Assembly (NCBI RefSeq): GCF_009914755.1
Contig: NC_060935.1
Reading direction: 5' to 3' (one strand)
Origin: the human T2T-CHM13v2.0 reference genome, Homo sapiens
DNA length: 64,000 nucleotides
In this document: one piece after another, positions 1-15,669 of the stretch
How positions within the stretch are numbered: position 1 is the stretch's first letter
Layout: each line of letters begins with the position of its first letter
Notes under the pieces: generated by a model
The model's input: only the letters and a program-made list of their open reading frames with translations
What the model was told of the DNA's origin: nothing
Database searches by the model: none
Position numbers and translations under genes: made by a program

Positions 1-143
1 ACCTGGGAGGCTGAGGCAGGGGAATCACTGGAGCTGGGGAAGTGGAGGCTGTAGCAAGCCAAAATCGCGCCACTGCACTCCAGCCTGGGCAACAGAGTGA
101 GCTCCATCTCAAACAAAACAAAACAAAACAAAACAAACAAAAA
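1..143 (+). mobile_element. Alu right arm (cut by window edge) with (AAAAC)n tail
   Basis: GGGAGGCTGAGGCAGG...CCACTGCACTCCAGCCTGGGCAACAGAG followed by AAACA repeats. Confidence 0.9.
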
Positions 144-771
144 ACTACCTATGTAGTCAGCTCAGACCAGTTTAGCTCCCAAAATTTTAGGTAGTGAGAC
201 CTGGAGAAGCAGAACATACTTTTTTTTTTTTTTAATTGCATAACTGTGTTTTTTTAAAGAAACTTACTTAATGATAGAATAATTGTCCTGGGTATCAAAG
301 TCCTTTTCTTTCCCTGGCAAGAAACAGTAGAAGGGGAAGTGGTCAACTGGAGAAATGTGGATCCCATCACCTTTTGCAGGGGAATGGAAAATTTAAGCCT
401 TCTTATTTTTGGAACATGACTACAGAGCTGATGATATCAGTAAAGCTTTTTAATTTTCTTGGAGCTATGGAAACATGTTTTTCTTACTCAAAACAGTCTT
501 CTATTGTCTAAACGACCCAAGTCAAGAATAGTAGAGAGTATAAATTAGGTGAGAGTCTTCACATTGTCATTGAAATATAAATAATGCTAATAATGTTAAT
601 AATAACAATGATGGTCATTTTGTGGCATTTCTCCATGCCTCTACTTTTGATAGTTGTTGTGTTATTAACAATAAATGCTACTATATTATGCTTTATATAT
701 ATGTGATAACATTATAGAGTTCAGCCTATGTATTACACATGCTATTCTGTATATGTGAAATAAAACATTAA

Positions 772-930
772 GTAAGGCACAATAGTGCATGCCTATAGTC
801 CCAGCCACTCAATAGGCTGAAGTGGGAGGACGAGTTAAGCCGAGGAGTTCAAGGCTATAGTGCACTAGGATGATGCCTGTAAATAGCCACTGCTCTCCAT
901 CCTAGAAAATAGAGTGAGACAATGTGTTTT
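772..930 (+). mobile_element. Fossil Alu monomer (FAM-like, 7SL-derived)
   Basis: Single Alu-like monomer retaining the 7SL-type GCCTGTAAATAGCCACTGC segment. Confidence 0.7.
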
Positions 931-1049
931 AAAGAAACTGATAAATACAATAAAATACATAAAATAAAAAATAAGTAAAACAATATTATTGATGTAATTA
1001 TCATTCATTCCATATAAAAAATTAAGCAGCTACTATATACATTTCATGG

Positions 1050-1476
1050 TATATTAGTCCATTTTGCATTGCTATAAAGGAATACCTGAGGCTGGATAAT
1101 TTACAAAGAAAATAGGTTTATTTGGCTCACAGTTTTGCAGCTTGTGCAAGCATGGCACTAGCATCTGCTCAGCTTCTCATGAGGCCTCAGAAAGCTTTTA
1201 CTCATGGCAGAATGTGAAGGGGGAGGCAGGCGTGTCAAGTGGCAAGAGAGAAAGTAAGAGAGGGGAGGAGGTGCCAGCCTCCATTAAACAAACAGCTCTC
1301 ATGTGAACTAATACCACCAGAACTTGCTGATTACTATGGGGCGGGGAGGGGACACTAACTTATTCATAAGAAATCTTCCCCAATGTTACAAACACTTCCC
1401 ACTAGACCCTACTTCTAACATTGCAGATCACATTTCAATGTGAGATTTGAAGGGGACAAACATCCAAACTATATCA
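1050..1476 (-). mobile_element. MaLR solo LTR, MST family (MSTB-like)
   Basis: TATATTAGTCCATTTTGCATTGCTATAAAGGAATACCTGAG...CCAAACTATATCA; 5-bp flanks CATGG/CATGT. Confidence 0.85.
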
Positions 1477-1529
1477 CATGTTCATCTGGCATTGAGTTAA
1501 GGTAATAATTTAAAAGCTTGAAATTAGCA

Positions 1530-2300
<771 letters not shown>

Positions 2301-2793
2301 GTTTGCTTCTAGAAGTTGGAGTGCAAAACTGTTTTACTTCAAATATTCCACAAGCATATTGAAACCTCATGAATGTGCCTGGCAATGGTGTTGATGATAA
2401 TGATTCGGCTAAATATGACAATTAACATCCTTCAACACACTTTGGGATAAAAAGGGGATCTTACTGGAAAGTAGACCACAGTTTATTTTCTTCTACTTGA
2501 CTACGTTGTCTTATAATTTCAGAGCAGAGTCTTTGATTACCTACAATTCAGTAGTGATACAGGCTTGAGCATATACCTTTGCACAGTTTCACATAATTTT
2601 TTTTTTTTACCTTGGGACATTGTAGAAGAATGGGGGCAGATCATTCTTTTCACATTGACTCTGAACTGATGCCACTGACTCATTTCCTCACTTTTGTTTT
2701 TGCTTCTAGTAATGTCTACCTCCGACAGGTGCAAAATAAGACGTTGAAAATAAAAAAGACATAATCAGTCATGAAGAAAAACAGATAAAGTGA

Positions 2794-3199
<406 letters not shown>

Positions 3200-5092
3200 A
3201 TATGGGAGTATTCTTTCTTCAAATAGTTTGCCATCCTGATGACTCAAATTATGAGGAGCTGGCATATTTTAAAAATTAGTAGTTATGTTTACAACATAAA
3301 TATTATTTATAAACATCTAAGCCTGGCTTAAACTTAGTTTCATAGCTAAGTGTCTGTAGGTATCATTTTATTTATAGTACTTTTTTTTTTCATTTAGAAG
3401 CCTTACTGTTTTATTCATAACATTCCACTAGATAATATTTATATGCATTTTGGACTTCTACCAGTTAAATCCTGTAATACTACTACTGTTTATGACAAGG
3501 TGAAGTGATTACATTTAAATATTTTTATCCATGTTGCCCTGACTATAAACTTGATGCTATTGTTTATCAAACTGAAATAACATAAATTTAAAGTTAAGAG
3601 AAAGGGAATAAAGTCTTATAAAATAGAACAAGGGAGTAGATGGTTTCTGAAGAAAGTTATATCATCAGTAGAAAGCACTTCTATTTTAAGAAGGAGGTGG
3701 GGCAGTTAACTCCATAGGCTAAGAAAAACAGTCCTTTTCTACCCTAAGAACCAAAATTGTCTAGTGTAGGTATTATTAAACCATATTTTAATATGCAAAA
3801 CACAAGACCAAAAGGAGTCTAGAAATGTCAAAAATGTCAAAATGTGCAGGTTTTTCATTTAAGAAAAGTGCCTTCTACATCATGTCATGCACAGCTTTCA
3901 GGTGTTTTCAGTTAATTAACTTAATAGAAAAAATCTTGAGTACACCCAGAAGATAGATATACATCTAAATGCACAAGCACATACCTGCGCACTTTTCGCA
4001 AATATGAACAGAGTACCTGCTACAAGCACGACGTTCCATTAGCCTGGATCTTGTTCCTAATCAAACAAGGTAAAAGTCTTTCATAGCATAATAGCTTTAA
4101 AATAGGATTCCTGGTGCCCACAGAGATCCCTTGAATAAGGTCCCAAAGATGGAGCCTGGAAATTTGAACATTTACTCAATCTCACTGGTCTTTCACCAAT
4201 TTATAAAAACAAACATACGGACACAGACAATAGCAGTTAATGAGCTGATGGTCAGTAAAGAACTTAGTTTTCAAAGTAAATTCTAGTTTTGAAATTTTTT
4301 ACATATATATAGTGAAACTGATAAAGAAGAATGCTCTAAGCAAGTGCTTCAGGCTGTTTTCTTCCTAGTGTTCATTAACTGCCCAGTGACATGATTTACC
4401 TGGTCACTTTCCCTTCGCTGTTAGTTCCTTTTATGTAGCCACAACATATTCAGTCTTTCAAGCCTTTGCTTTTATGACTTATACATCTGCCTATTTGATA
4501 TTATGTCTAGTCCAGACCACCAACTTTTTCATAAAAGCCATAAAAAACCTTAGTAAATTGACTTAAGGTAGATAAAAGTCAGTGATCTGGAGATAAATAA
4601 GGTTATTCCTTTATACAAAATAAAAGTTGTGAGCCTTCAGCCTTTTTCTCTTTATTTAGGTGGACATGCTGACATATACCAGCTGAAAACTTTTAAAGCT
4701 CTTTCCTTTAATCTTATGCTCTGAGAATGATCTGCAAATTCCAATACTAAGTTTATGTTGGCCTTGTAAATGTCAAAGTATTTCTTAGAGATACAATCAT
4801 TCTGGCAGAGAATTTCCACATATAATTCCTTGGAAGAAAGTTAAGATATTTATCTGAACGTATTTAAAATTACCTTTTTTGGGATTTTGTTTAACTCATG
4901 AACAGAATTTCATCAGAAGGCTTATTTTTCTTTTTTAATGATGTAAGAAAGATTTTTTTAAAAGGCAAAAAAAAAATCAAATGGGCTCTAAACTCTCATT
5001 TTAACACATGTATAACCAATTACTAAAATAATTATATTATGTGTTTTTTATAACAAACAAAAACAACTAAACAATTTATCTCATTTCAGCAT

Positions 5093-5490
5093 TGTATCAG
5101 TCGAAATAGGCTGTATGATGCTGACATTATAGAAAATCTAACAAATAACATAATATTTCAGTGGTTTCAAAATAGCAGACATTTATTTCTCATACACAGT
5201 AGACATTCAATTGAGGTTTGCAAGCAGGCTCTGCTTTCATAGTCATCCACAGACCTAGAGTGATTGGGGCCATAACTTGATGGGTAGCACAAACTTGGGA
5301 ACGTTGCAAAGTTTGCAATGGCTCTTAAAACTTCTAGCAGCATATTACACACATCTATTCAGCTCATATTTCATTGGTCAAAACACATCATATGGTCATA
5401 CCTAACATTAAAGGAAACAGTGGTGGGCAATCCTGCACATGCTTTAAAAAAGTTAGCAGGAAATATGTGACAAACATCATAAGCAACCAT
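5093..5490 (-). mobile_element. Ancient MLT1-type MaLR LTR remnant
   Basis: TGTATCAG start, CAGTGGTTT...ATTTATTTCTCAT, TTCATTGGTCAAAAC...ATGGTCATACCTAAC motifs. Confidence 0.5.
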
Positions 5491-6689
5491 TACAAGCCTA
5501 TACCTCTCCAGAATTGGAAGGATGACACCGCACATTTACTGGCTCTAATCATGGTACAGAGACCTGGTGAGTGAGACAACAACCTAGGGAAGTGCTGAAT
5601 CACCAACAGAGAAGCACATACTCCAAGACATTTGTGAAAGAGAAGGTAGTCAGAGGGTTGAATCTATGTGAAAATTCAATAGATTAAGTATAGGAGGCCA
5701 AATGAAGAAAGCTTCAAAACAGAGAATGGAAGACAGCACTTGAGGCATTTTCTCTGTTAATTCATGGTTAAATGTAGAGAAATTTTAGTTCATCCTGGAT
5801 TTCAAGAATAAGCATGCATAGTCAGAGGGATTAGACACTGAGTAGGTTATACTTAACACATTTTTCTTAGATTAGATATCATATACTAAGATGCTATCTA
5901 AGTCAACACTGTATAAGGGGCTGTTAATTATTATTAAATGCATGATATATTAACATTTGCATTTAAAACAATAATTTAATTTAAAGTAGCATAGCAGGTA
6001 CTTCAAAATTAGGGTTGGCTATTTCCAAACTTATTATTTAACAGTCAAAGTGATGCTGCTTGATTATTGACAGTAATATTCAGATGAATATTAAATTTCC
6101 TTCTGTGGTTTTCCCACTTAGGACAAAGTAAATGAATGATTGAAGACCTGCAAACTGTGTTTGTAACGACTTTCTAAGATTGATAGCCTCCGTGTTTCAA
6201 TGCTCATGGAGCAGATGGATATGACTGACACTGCCCTTAATACTACAGCATGATCCAAAGCATCACCAAAGTCTTCAAAGAGAAAGTAAAAAAAAAAAAA
6301 TGCCTCTCCATTTTCACTTCTACTTCAAATCCTGCAATTTGACATAAAAAGACAATATATCTGTCTCCTTCACTAGACTAAGGGCGTCTTAAGGTAGGGC
6401 TCATGGCTTTTTTCTATGTTCTCCATACCTAGCATACACTATACACATCCATTTTTTTAAAAAATAAAATATTAATAATTTGGCCTTTGTGGAAAGGATA
6501 GTTTTTCTAAGACTTCTGTGACTTGTTTAGCAATGTCTTTCTATTGATTTCTTCACTTGCTTCACTTGCATGTATGTGACATTGTGTCACTTTGGGGCAG
6601 AAGTTTTAAAAGCCAGTATGGAGTTCATCATATCTCTTTTATGGCTGCAATAATAAATGGCAATATTCAAGATAGAAACTCTACCAACC

Positions 6690-6835
6690 TGGGATCCCGA
6701 GTGAAGACAGTATGGAGCAGGGCCTTGGCTGACTCACAATGGGCATGGGTGAGAAGCATTCTTTGCTGCTCCAAGCAGCTGAGATATTAGGATTGTTGGT
6801 TGCCTCAGTGTAACCTAGCGTATTTTGACTGATAT
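6690..6835 (+). mobile_element. Ancient MLT1 LTR 3' fragment
   Basis: AAGCAGCTGAGATATTAGGATTGTTGGTTGCCTCAGTGTAACCTAGC...TGACTGATA typical MLT1 terminus. Confidence 0.55.
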
Positions 6836-7640
6836 ATTATGGAATATTTGGAACAAAGCATAGGACTTCAAAGAACAATAAAATGCTATTAAGAAACACA
6901 ATAGTTGAAACAAAATTCATAAATTAAAGCCTGTGGCTTTGTGTGTATAAGTAATTTCTCAAACCCAAACTTAGTTTCTGCATGTAAAACCTGAAGCTAA
7001 GTTGAGTAACTTGACCAGTTTCACAAAGTGACTTCAAAATCACTTCATGCTCTTTCCACTCTCCTCTATGCCATGCAGTTTTTATTCCTGTTTCACAGAA
7101 AGGAAAGCTGAGTTTGTGGAAGATAGTTACTAAGAAGGAGCTCAATTGGCTTCATCCCTAGTGTTATTTCCACTACTAAAATTATCCTCACTGTCAAGGA
7201 GAACACTTAAAATTTATATTTTAGAGAAGTGGTGTAATACAGATGGTGATAAGCCATCCACATTACATACTTACCACTCCTTTATTCCTTCCACCTTCTG
7301 TTTATGCAGTGAATCAGAACAAGCATAGCTGAATTCCAACTTCAGCTCTACCTCTTAGAAATCATAGGGATAGAAGCCATGTATCTATAAAATGTGGATA
7401 AACAAATATATAAGGTCCCTATCATAGTGAACCAAAGCAGACAATGAATCAATGTGAATTATCTTCCACTGTAACTTCTCTATGTAAGAATCCTTACTGA
7501 TAAATATGCATATGATCAAATCTGAGCAAGTCACAATTAGAAATGGGCCTTAAAAACAGTTGTTTAGAAGGCATTTTTTTCTTCCTTTGGCACCTATTCA
7601 ACAGGAAAGGGTATTTATTGTCCTATAATATCAAAGTTGA

Positions 7641-7950
7641 GGCCTGGTGTGGTGGCTCATACCTGTAATCCCAGCAATTTGTAGGCTCAGGTAGGAGGAT
7701 CACTTGAGCCTGGGAGTTCATGAGTAGCCTGGGCAACATAACGATATTTCATTTCCACAAAAAACTAAATAATTAGCCAGGTGTGGTGTCACGTGCCTGT
7801 AGTCCCAGTTACTCAGGAGGTTAAGGTGAGATGATCATAATTGCTGGAGCCCTGAGACCAGGAAGTTGAGGCTTTAGTGATCCATGATTGCACCACCGCA
7901 CACTAGACTGGGTGACAGAGTAATAACCTGTCTCAAAAAATAATAATAGA
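7641..7950 (+). mobile_element. AluJ
   Basis: Diverged dimeric Alu with GGAGGATCACTTGAGCC-type J diagnostics. Confidence 0.88.
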
Positions 7951-9496
7951 AATAATTGAGAACTAGGCAGACTGAATTAAATTATCATAATTGTATTTGC
8001 ACATTTTAGAGATGTTGGAGAAAAGAAAAGCATTTTACTGTCTCTTTTGTATGAAAATGATTAAACTCTAGGAATTCTGAATCCATTCCAGGTTAAGGAA
8101 GCTAATTGACAGGACTCAGCAGAAATCTAGAGCTGGTCAGTCAAGTATGAATCAGGAGGCTGTGATAGACTGGAATTTCACAGTCTGCCATTCAGGCTCT
8201 ACTCACCAGGGCTCAGAGAAAAATGAGAGATACCTTAACAGGTTTACTGGCTCCTATTGAGATGAAAGGCAGTAGGTAACTTGGCCAGCCTTTCTTCTCT
8301 GTCTTTTCCTAGTCCTCCTGCCCTTCAGATGAATCATATGAGCCCATAATCAGGATTCTTGGGGACTCAGTGAACTTTTCTAGAGCTCTGAAGAGGATGA
8401 AAAATCCTCCATTTAAAGGGAAAATAGCTATTCTCTAAAGGACATTCAATATTCACACTCTATTAGCAATCTTGCCTGACTTCTATAAATTCTATAATCC
8501 AGTAATATATCTACTTGACATTTGTAAAAACCATCTATACTGTATCATGTTCTTTTCTCTGGGAAGCATTTATGAAATTGCAATAATGCCCACTATTGTA
8601 TCTAAGGGAATGCTAGAAATAACACATGAAAATAAATTATTGTATTATCTATTTATTCCCTTGGTGAATAAAATTGTCAGCCTCCATTTTCTATTTTAAC
8701 TCCCTCTAGGATAGCATTTACTTCATTGGGATGGGAATGGGAATCTGCCATCACTCTTTATTGTTGTAATCCAAAGTATTACTTTTGCTCTGTGCCTTTC
8801 TTCTTTGAATTGAATTTGGTACTTGAAGCCCTGCAGAAGGTAAATGTGTCTGCTCTCCAAGGTTTCCTCGCTTTGTAGGAAGAAGATATATGGGTTATTT
8901 AATTCCCATTTCTATGCCTACAAAAATACACTGCCATCTTCTACTTACTCCACAGTGGGAATATATCTGATTTATCTTTTGCTTTTTGCACTAAACAGAA
9001 AGGCTTCAAGCCAAGTCTTTTATTCTAGAAAATGCTTATCTTGACTGAAGAAATTTTTTTGTTAATGCTATTCTAAAACTATCGCCCCTTGAAAACTGGC
9101 TCAACTGCTGACCACGTTGAATAATAATATAAAATGGTTACCATGGTGGCTAGTGGTTTAATGAAAAAGAATCAGTGGGTTGCATTTGGAATCAGCAAAT
9201 CGGGTCAGAAAGAAAATCACCTTTTCTTTCTGCAAGCTTCAGTCATTTTATCTTGAGTCTTGACTAAAACCTTTGCCTCATTCTAAAAGTTTCATCAGTT
9301 GTCAGGCATGAAAGACTCTATCCATATCTCTCTCCTATGAAACCCCTATATAGGCTCAGAATCCCAAGAAATACAAAGGGCTCAATAATTTATTATGCTT
9401 ACTTTATTTATAATGCCTAATTCATTTATTTTGCCTCTGACAAAATATGTACAGATTAACTTTTTTTGGTCTAAAATATTCTGGTGTGGCTTGGTT

Positions 9497-9575
9497 CTGG
9501 TGGCTAGCTCATTTTGCTTAGTGCTAATGAGTCAAGGGTTATGAGTTCAAACCCTACGTAAGTCAGTTAAGTTTA
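9497..9575 (+). mobile_element. Degenerate tRNA-Ile(AAT)-derived SINE head (MamSINE1-like)
   Basis: TAGCTCA...GTGCTAATGAGTCAAGGGTTATGAGTTCAAACCC resembles tRNA-Ile A box, anticodon arm and B box; not a foldable tRNA. Confidence 0.5.
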
Positions 9576-11875
9576 CTTGCCCTTAAAGTTGGAAACAACC
9601 TGCATTGAATAGAATATAAATAAAGCACCACTAGTGGACAACCAACCAAAAGTATATGCTTTTGTGATTGAAGGTTAATAACTTCATTTATATGAAGGAA
9701 ATCACTGGAAATATGTTACCATTATTCCATACATAGACTCTCAACTCATCTGACAGCATGTATAGTTCAATGATCTTAAAGTAAGACATTTTGTTTTCTA
9801 TATAATCTTTGAGCTGGAGGTCATCTCAAAAGGTCTTTTGATCTGGTTCCCTGCCTTCCAACAGGTGAATTTGAATTCCATTTACTGCTTAGCTCATACT
9901 CATTTTGGAAATGTAGAACAGCTGGTAGGCATTTTCTTAGTAATGCTTCTTAATATCCTTAAAGACAATAAAGTCATTCATCAGTCTTTTCATCTCATTG
10001 AACAATTCTAACACATAATTTTTAGGATTTCAAATATATATTGTTTAATGTGCTTTTTTTAGTATGCTTATTTTTTTTGCCTCAATTTTCTAGAAAGTCA
10101 TTAATATAGACACTACAGTTTTTCTCTCTTGCCTTGGACTACAAAGACCCCCATGCAGGAGCATGAAGCCAACTCTAGTGAAAGTGACTCTTTTAAATGT
10201 ACTGATTATTTGATGGAAGTCATTGTCTTATAAATAAATGTACTCCGGAGCATGCATTCATTTATGTCCCATCATATGTTTCCTTGAGGATTAAGAATAA
10301 TGTCCTTAATAATCTTAACATTTCTTAATGGAACTAGAATCATTTTGTATTACAGTTATCATTTATCTGCCTCAGAGACATTTCCAGCAGGAATCATCAT
10401 CACCCTGATATAATGGGACTGATTTGCCAAACTGGAAACAGTAAAGGGTAGTGGCACATCATATGCCATTGACAATGAAAGCAGCACATGACACAGCTGT
10501 ATTCAATTTAAAGGCCCCTGTGACTAAAAACGGTTTGCCTCTGAATTTTATTAATTGAGATTTAGGTGAGCATCATTTAGAGAACAATCAACACAAACAG
10601 AAAAAAAAAAAACCTAATCTGATGGCAAAACTGGCAATCTTGAAGATTAGAACAACATTGAAAGAAAATTTGGACAGCTTGAAAATAAAACATCAAAAGG
10701 AAATATTTTAAATGTGATGACATAACAAAAATAAATCATAGTTCATCTGAGTGCAGAAAACCAAAAGCAAATCTTACTTAAAAGCAGGAAGTGATGATTG
10801 TTTTAAAGTGAAAGGAGCGAATTGGCCAACACCATCAGGAAATACACTTTCCACAGGAAGACAGCAAAAGGATTAAAGACAATGAAATAAATGTCAGTCA
10901 CACAAGACAATAGCCCCAATACTGAATCTTTATCTAACTTCCAAAGTTACAGGGCATATATTTCAAAGTTGTTATAGCCTGTGTATAGATTCTCATGTGG
11001 CTACTTTGAAAGTTGCATTGCTAAATTTGCTTTGGTTCACAGGCAAAAATAGATCTTACGTACCTTCCCTCAAAGACAATGTAGACATAATTTAAATGCA
11101 TGTAAATGTTTTCAGCCAGCTAGTGCAGCATGTACCCTTGTTACCAGGTTGTCCTCTAATCCTCAGTTTGTATATTGATGGATATTCTGCCAGGGCCATT
11201 GTTTTTATTACATTTTTTGAGAGTTTTTGGTGATAGATTTGCAAATGTTTTAAAGATCAGACATTGTAAGACTATTCCCATTATTGGCATCAATAATTCC
11301 TTAAAATGTTTTGTAGTGATATTTAATAAAGTTGGCTCATCTGTCAAAGTAGAAAAATACTAACTAATATAAAATTGGGTCCAGTAAGTGTTGTTCTTTT
11401 CAGGTGACTCATGGGCCCAGATGTCCACTGGATGGACAGGAGCAGGTAGGGAAGCTACACTATTCTTGCCTTGTTTTTTCTCTTTTTTGAGTGAATCCTG
11501 CTTTGCTTCCTTTGCAGAAGCAGCAGCAATTCTTCATGTTTTCAACACTTTCATGAATTTGGATTGCTCAAGACATTTACATAAAAAGCACATATTTTCA
11601 TGAAATTCACAGATAAATATAGGATAAAAGAGTGCCCTTGTTTTGACTGACATTTGCACTCCCATTTTTGTCATATTTCAATTTATTCTTAAGGCCAAAT
11701 TAAATGCTATATTTAAAATAAAACTTTCCCTTACAGCTAATGATTCCAGGCAGAGTCCTCCATACTCTTATGAAAATTTAATAATTTTTCTTATCCATAA
11801 AAGTGGTCACACAGCATCATCATTATTTCATGGATTGTGTAATCCATGAAATGTTTGAGGGCACAGATAGAATTA

Positions 11876-12619
<744 letters not shown>

Positions 12620-12919
12620 TATTTAATCATAAATGTGACAATGGATTCTACTTCAATGCATAAAACACAGACAGGCAATAAATACATATTGACATAGACT
12701 GAATAAGTCAATGAAAATCTTATCTGAATATTGCTGAGCTAATCTATCTGTGACATCTGGCTTCTGAATATCAAACTTTTACTACAATTAACCACTTCTC
12801 TGTAAACAAGGTATATTTACTCTGTTCCTGGTCTTTTATTCTGAACTACTGTATTGATCTATTATCTTACACACATCAGTAACAAGAGGTGAAGATATCT
12901 ACCCCTTTTGTCTGGATGA

Positions 12920-13589
12920 CTGCATATGTGTAGTATGTACAAATATTTACATACAGGTCATAGGTGGATTCATTTTCTGATTGGCAACTGGTTGAAGGAG
13001 TTAAGTGCCTATCTAAACACCTGAAATCAATAGAGAAGAGTGTCGGGTTGAGACAAGGGGTTATGAAGACCAAGATTCTTATTATGTAGATGAAGTCTCT
13101 TAGGTATCCAGCCTTAGAGTCAATAGATGGCAAAGGTTTCCTATTCCAACCTAAAAAGATTTTAGGCTCTCAGCTAATCTCTTCAGGACTAGAAAGGGAA
13201 GGAGATTATCTACAGAATATAAATCTCCTTCACAAGAGACAGCTTTTCAGGGCCACTTCAAAATATGTCAAATAAATACATTTTGGGGTAAAATACTTTG
13301 ATTTCATTCAGGGCATGCTACTGTTATGTGATGCCATACTGGAAGCAGGTTGGTATTTTGTATCTTACTGCTATAAAGAATCTGTTTGTCTGTCTTAAGA
13401 TCTTGTTTTAATGTTCATGCTGGTCAGTTGTACCTGAATTCCAAAGGGAGGAAGATATAATGAGTCATGTATGACTTCCACTTCCCATCAAGGACTGAAC
13501 TAGTTTTCAGTTTTCTTCGGAATCCCATGGGCCAAGAGGAATGGTCCATTCAGTCATTTGGGGGGCTCAGAATTTTATTTTTGGCTCAT
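12920..13589 (-). mobile_element. ERV1 MER4-family LTR
   Basis: Reverse strand begins CCAAAAATAAAATTCTGAGCCCCCCAAATGACTGAATGGACC, matching the MER4 LTR 5' end. Confidence 0.75.
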
Positions 13590-14571
13590 GAGATATATTT
13601 TTATGTACAGTGGTTTAAGTGTTTTGGGTGACTTACTAGGTTCCTAGTTCAGGATTGTTCTTTTCTGATGATATATTAACATTAATATATAATATTAATA
13701 TATTAAATAAGTTTATTTAAATCAATGGTACAATATTTTGGGGGTGGGGGGGGTAAGAAGACAGTGGGTGTTGCAGTTATTCCTTCTGATCTGATGATTG
13801 GAAAGGATCTTTTAACATCTATCTCAACTCCTTCTTTCCCCTTCCCACTATGCCATCAAGGGACTCCTTGCCTTTCCAAATTTCCTCTTCTTTCTAAAAA
13901 AAGCCACTTCATGTATTGTATATTTTCAAATCTTCATTCTCACTTCTGAGTAGCCAATGCTTATAGATCCCAGTACTCATATATGTTCTCTGCATTATCT
14001 GCATCTGTTTTAGAGTAAATTTACCTGTGTTTCATTACCCACAGGCTCCCCATTGTCTCCGTTCTTTATTGAATATGTTTAACTCTTAACTCAGTTGTAA
14101 GTACTAAACTTGGCTTAGTTATTTTGTATATTTATTTCCCTACTTACATGTACTTCATGAGTTTTAGCATTCCGTGTCTCCCAGGTATATTGCAGGCATG
14201 GGCTAATGTTGGTATAATTTGCCTTCTTATCAATATGGGTTTTGAGTGTGTGTGTGTGAATGTGGTGTGGGAAACATATGGAGACACCCAATCTAAAGAA
14301 GCTTTTTTATTCTATAGAAACCTAGAACCAAATTTTTACCAATTTTTTCAAACTTTCAAAAATTCTACTAGTGCGTTAAATGATGCATGTAGCCACAAAA
14401 GTAGGAAGTAGACATCACAAACTTGGGGTTTTTTATGCAGAAGCATTATAATGAAGACATAATCTTCCATTCAACAAATACACAAATACACTGAATCTTT
14501 TTTTGTGCCAAATGCTATACTTAGTATTGGTGATATAGTGGCAAAGAAGACCAAAATTTATAGAATTATAA

Positions 14572-15122
14572 TGTCAGAGGTGTGTAAACCAGAGCAACTT
14601 CATCTTGAATAGGAGCTGGGTAAAATGAGGCTAAAACCAGTGGGCTGCATTCCCAGGAGGTTAAGGCATTCTAAGTCACAGGATGAGGTAGGAGGTCAGT
14701 ATAAGATACAGGTCATAAAGACCTTGCTAATAAAACAGGATGCACTAAAGAAGCCGGCCATTACTCACCAAGACCAAGATGGCCAAGAGAGTGACCTCTG
14801 GTAGTCCTCACAGCTATACCCCCACCAGTGCCATGGTAGTTTGCAGATGTCATGGCAACATCAGCACATTACCCTATATGATTTAAAAATGGGAGGCATG
14901 AATAATCCACTTCTTGTTTAGCATCATCAAGAAATAACCATAAAAATGGGCAACCAGCAGCCCTCAGGGCTGCTGTGTCTATGGAGTAGTCATTCTTTTG
15001 TTTCTTTACTTTCTTAATAAACTTGTTTTCATTTTACTGTATGGACTCACCCTGAATTATTTCTTGCATGAAATCCAAGAATGCTCACTTGGGGTCTGAA
15101 TCAGCACTGCTTTCCTGCAACA
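14572..15122 (+). mobile_element. MER41A solo LTR (ERV1)
   Basis: TGTCAGAGG...CCAGAGCAACTTCATCTTGAATAGGAGCTGGG...TTTCCTGCAACA; GGGAGG|CATGAATAATCC junction typical of MER41A; flanks ATAA/ATGA. Confidence 0.88.
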
Positions 15123-15495
15123 ATGAAAAGATAGATATCAAATATATACCTATAATAAATAAATGCAAAGCCTAAAAATAAACACTTTGGTATCTGGATT
15201 ATGCAAAATAAATAAGAAAATGTATTTACGATAAAAACAGAATGATGTATTTCAATAGGCTATTCAGCGAAGGCAAAATCTAAATCGTAAACAACCATAA
15301 AGGGAGCGTCTTAACTTCATTTATACTGAAATAAACTAATATTACAATCACACTGAAATTACACCCACAGAAAGGCAGAAAATAGAAAGTAGGAGAGCAC
15401 CATATATTGACAAGCATGCAGGAAAACATAAATCTCAAGCACTATTAATGGCCATTTAAACTGATGTAGTAGTTATGAAAATCATTTGGCAGTAT

Positions 15496-15669
15496 TTTTT
15501 TTATATATTTTTGAAGCAGAGTTTGGCTCTGTCCCCAGGCTGGAGTGTAGTGGCACAATCTTGGCTCACTGCAATCTCCACCTCTTGGACTTAAGTAATC
15601 CTCCTGCCTCAGTCTCCTGAGTACCCTGGACCACAGGCACATGCCACCACACCTGGTTAATTTTTGCAT
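15496..15669 (-). mobile_element. Alu right-arm fragment (AluJ/FRAM-like)
   Basis: CCCAGGCTGGAGTGTAGTGGCACAATCTTGGCTCACTGCA...TAATTTTTG. Confidence 0.8.

Noticed and set aside
13671-13710. AT-rich hairpin-like ATATATTAACATTAATATAT tract
   Set aside because: Short low-complexity sequence, far smaller than known palindromic AT-rich repeats.
14572-15122. MER41 as an interferon-gamma/STAT1-inducible enhancer
   Set aside because: The sequence reads GGGAGG|CATGAATAATCC, the MER41A form, which lacks the segment carrying the tandem GAS motifs of MER41B.
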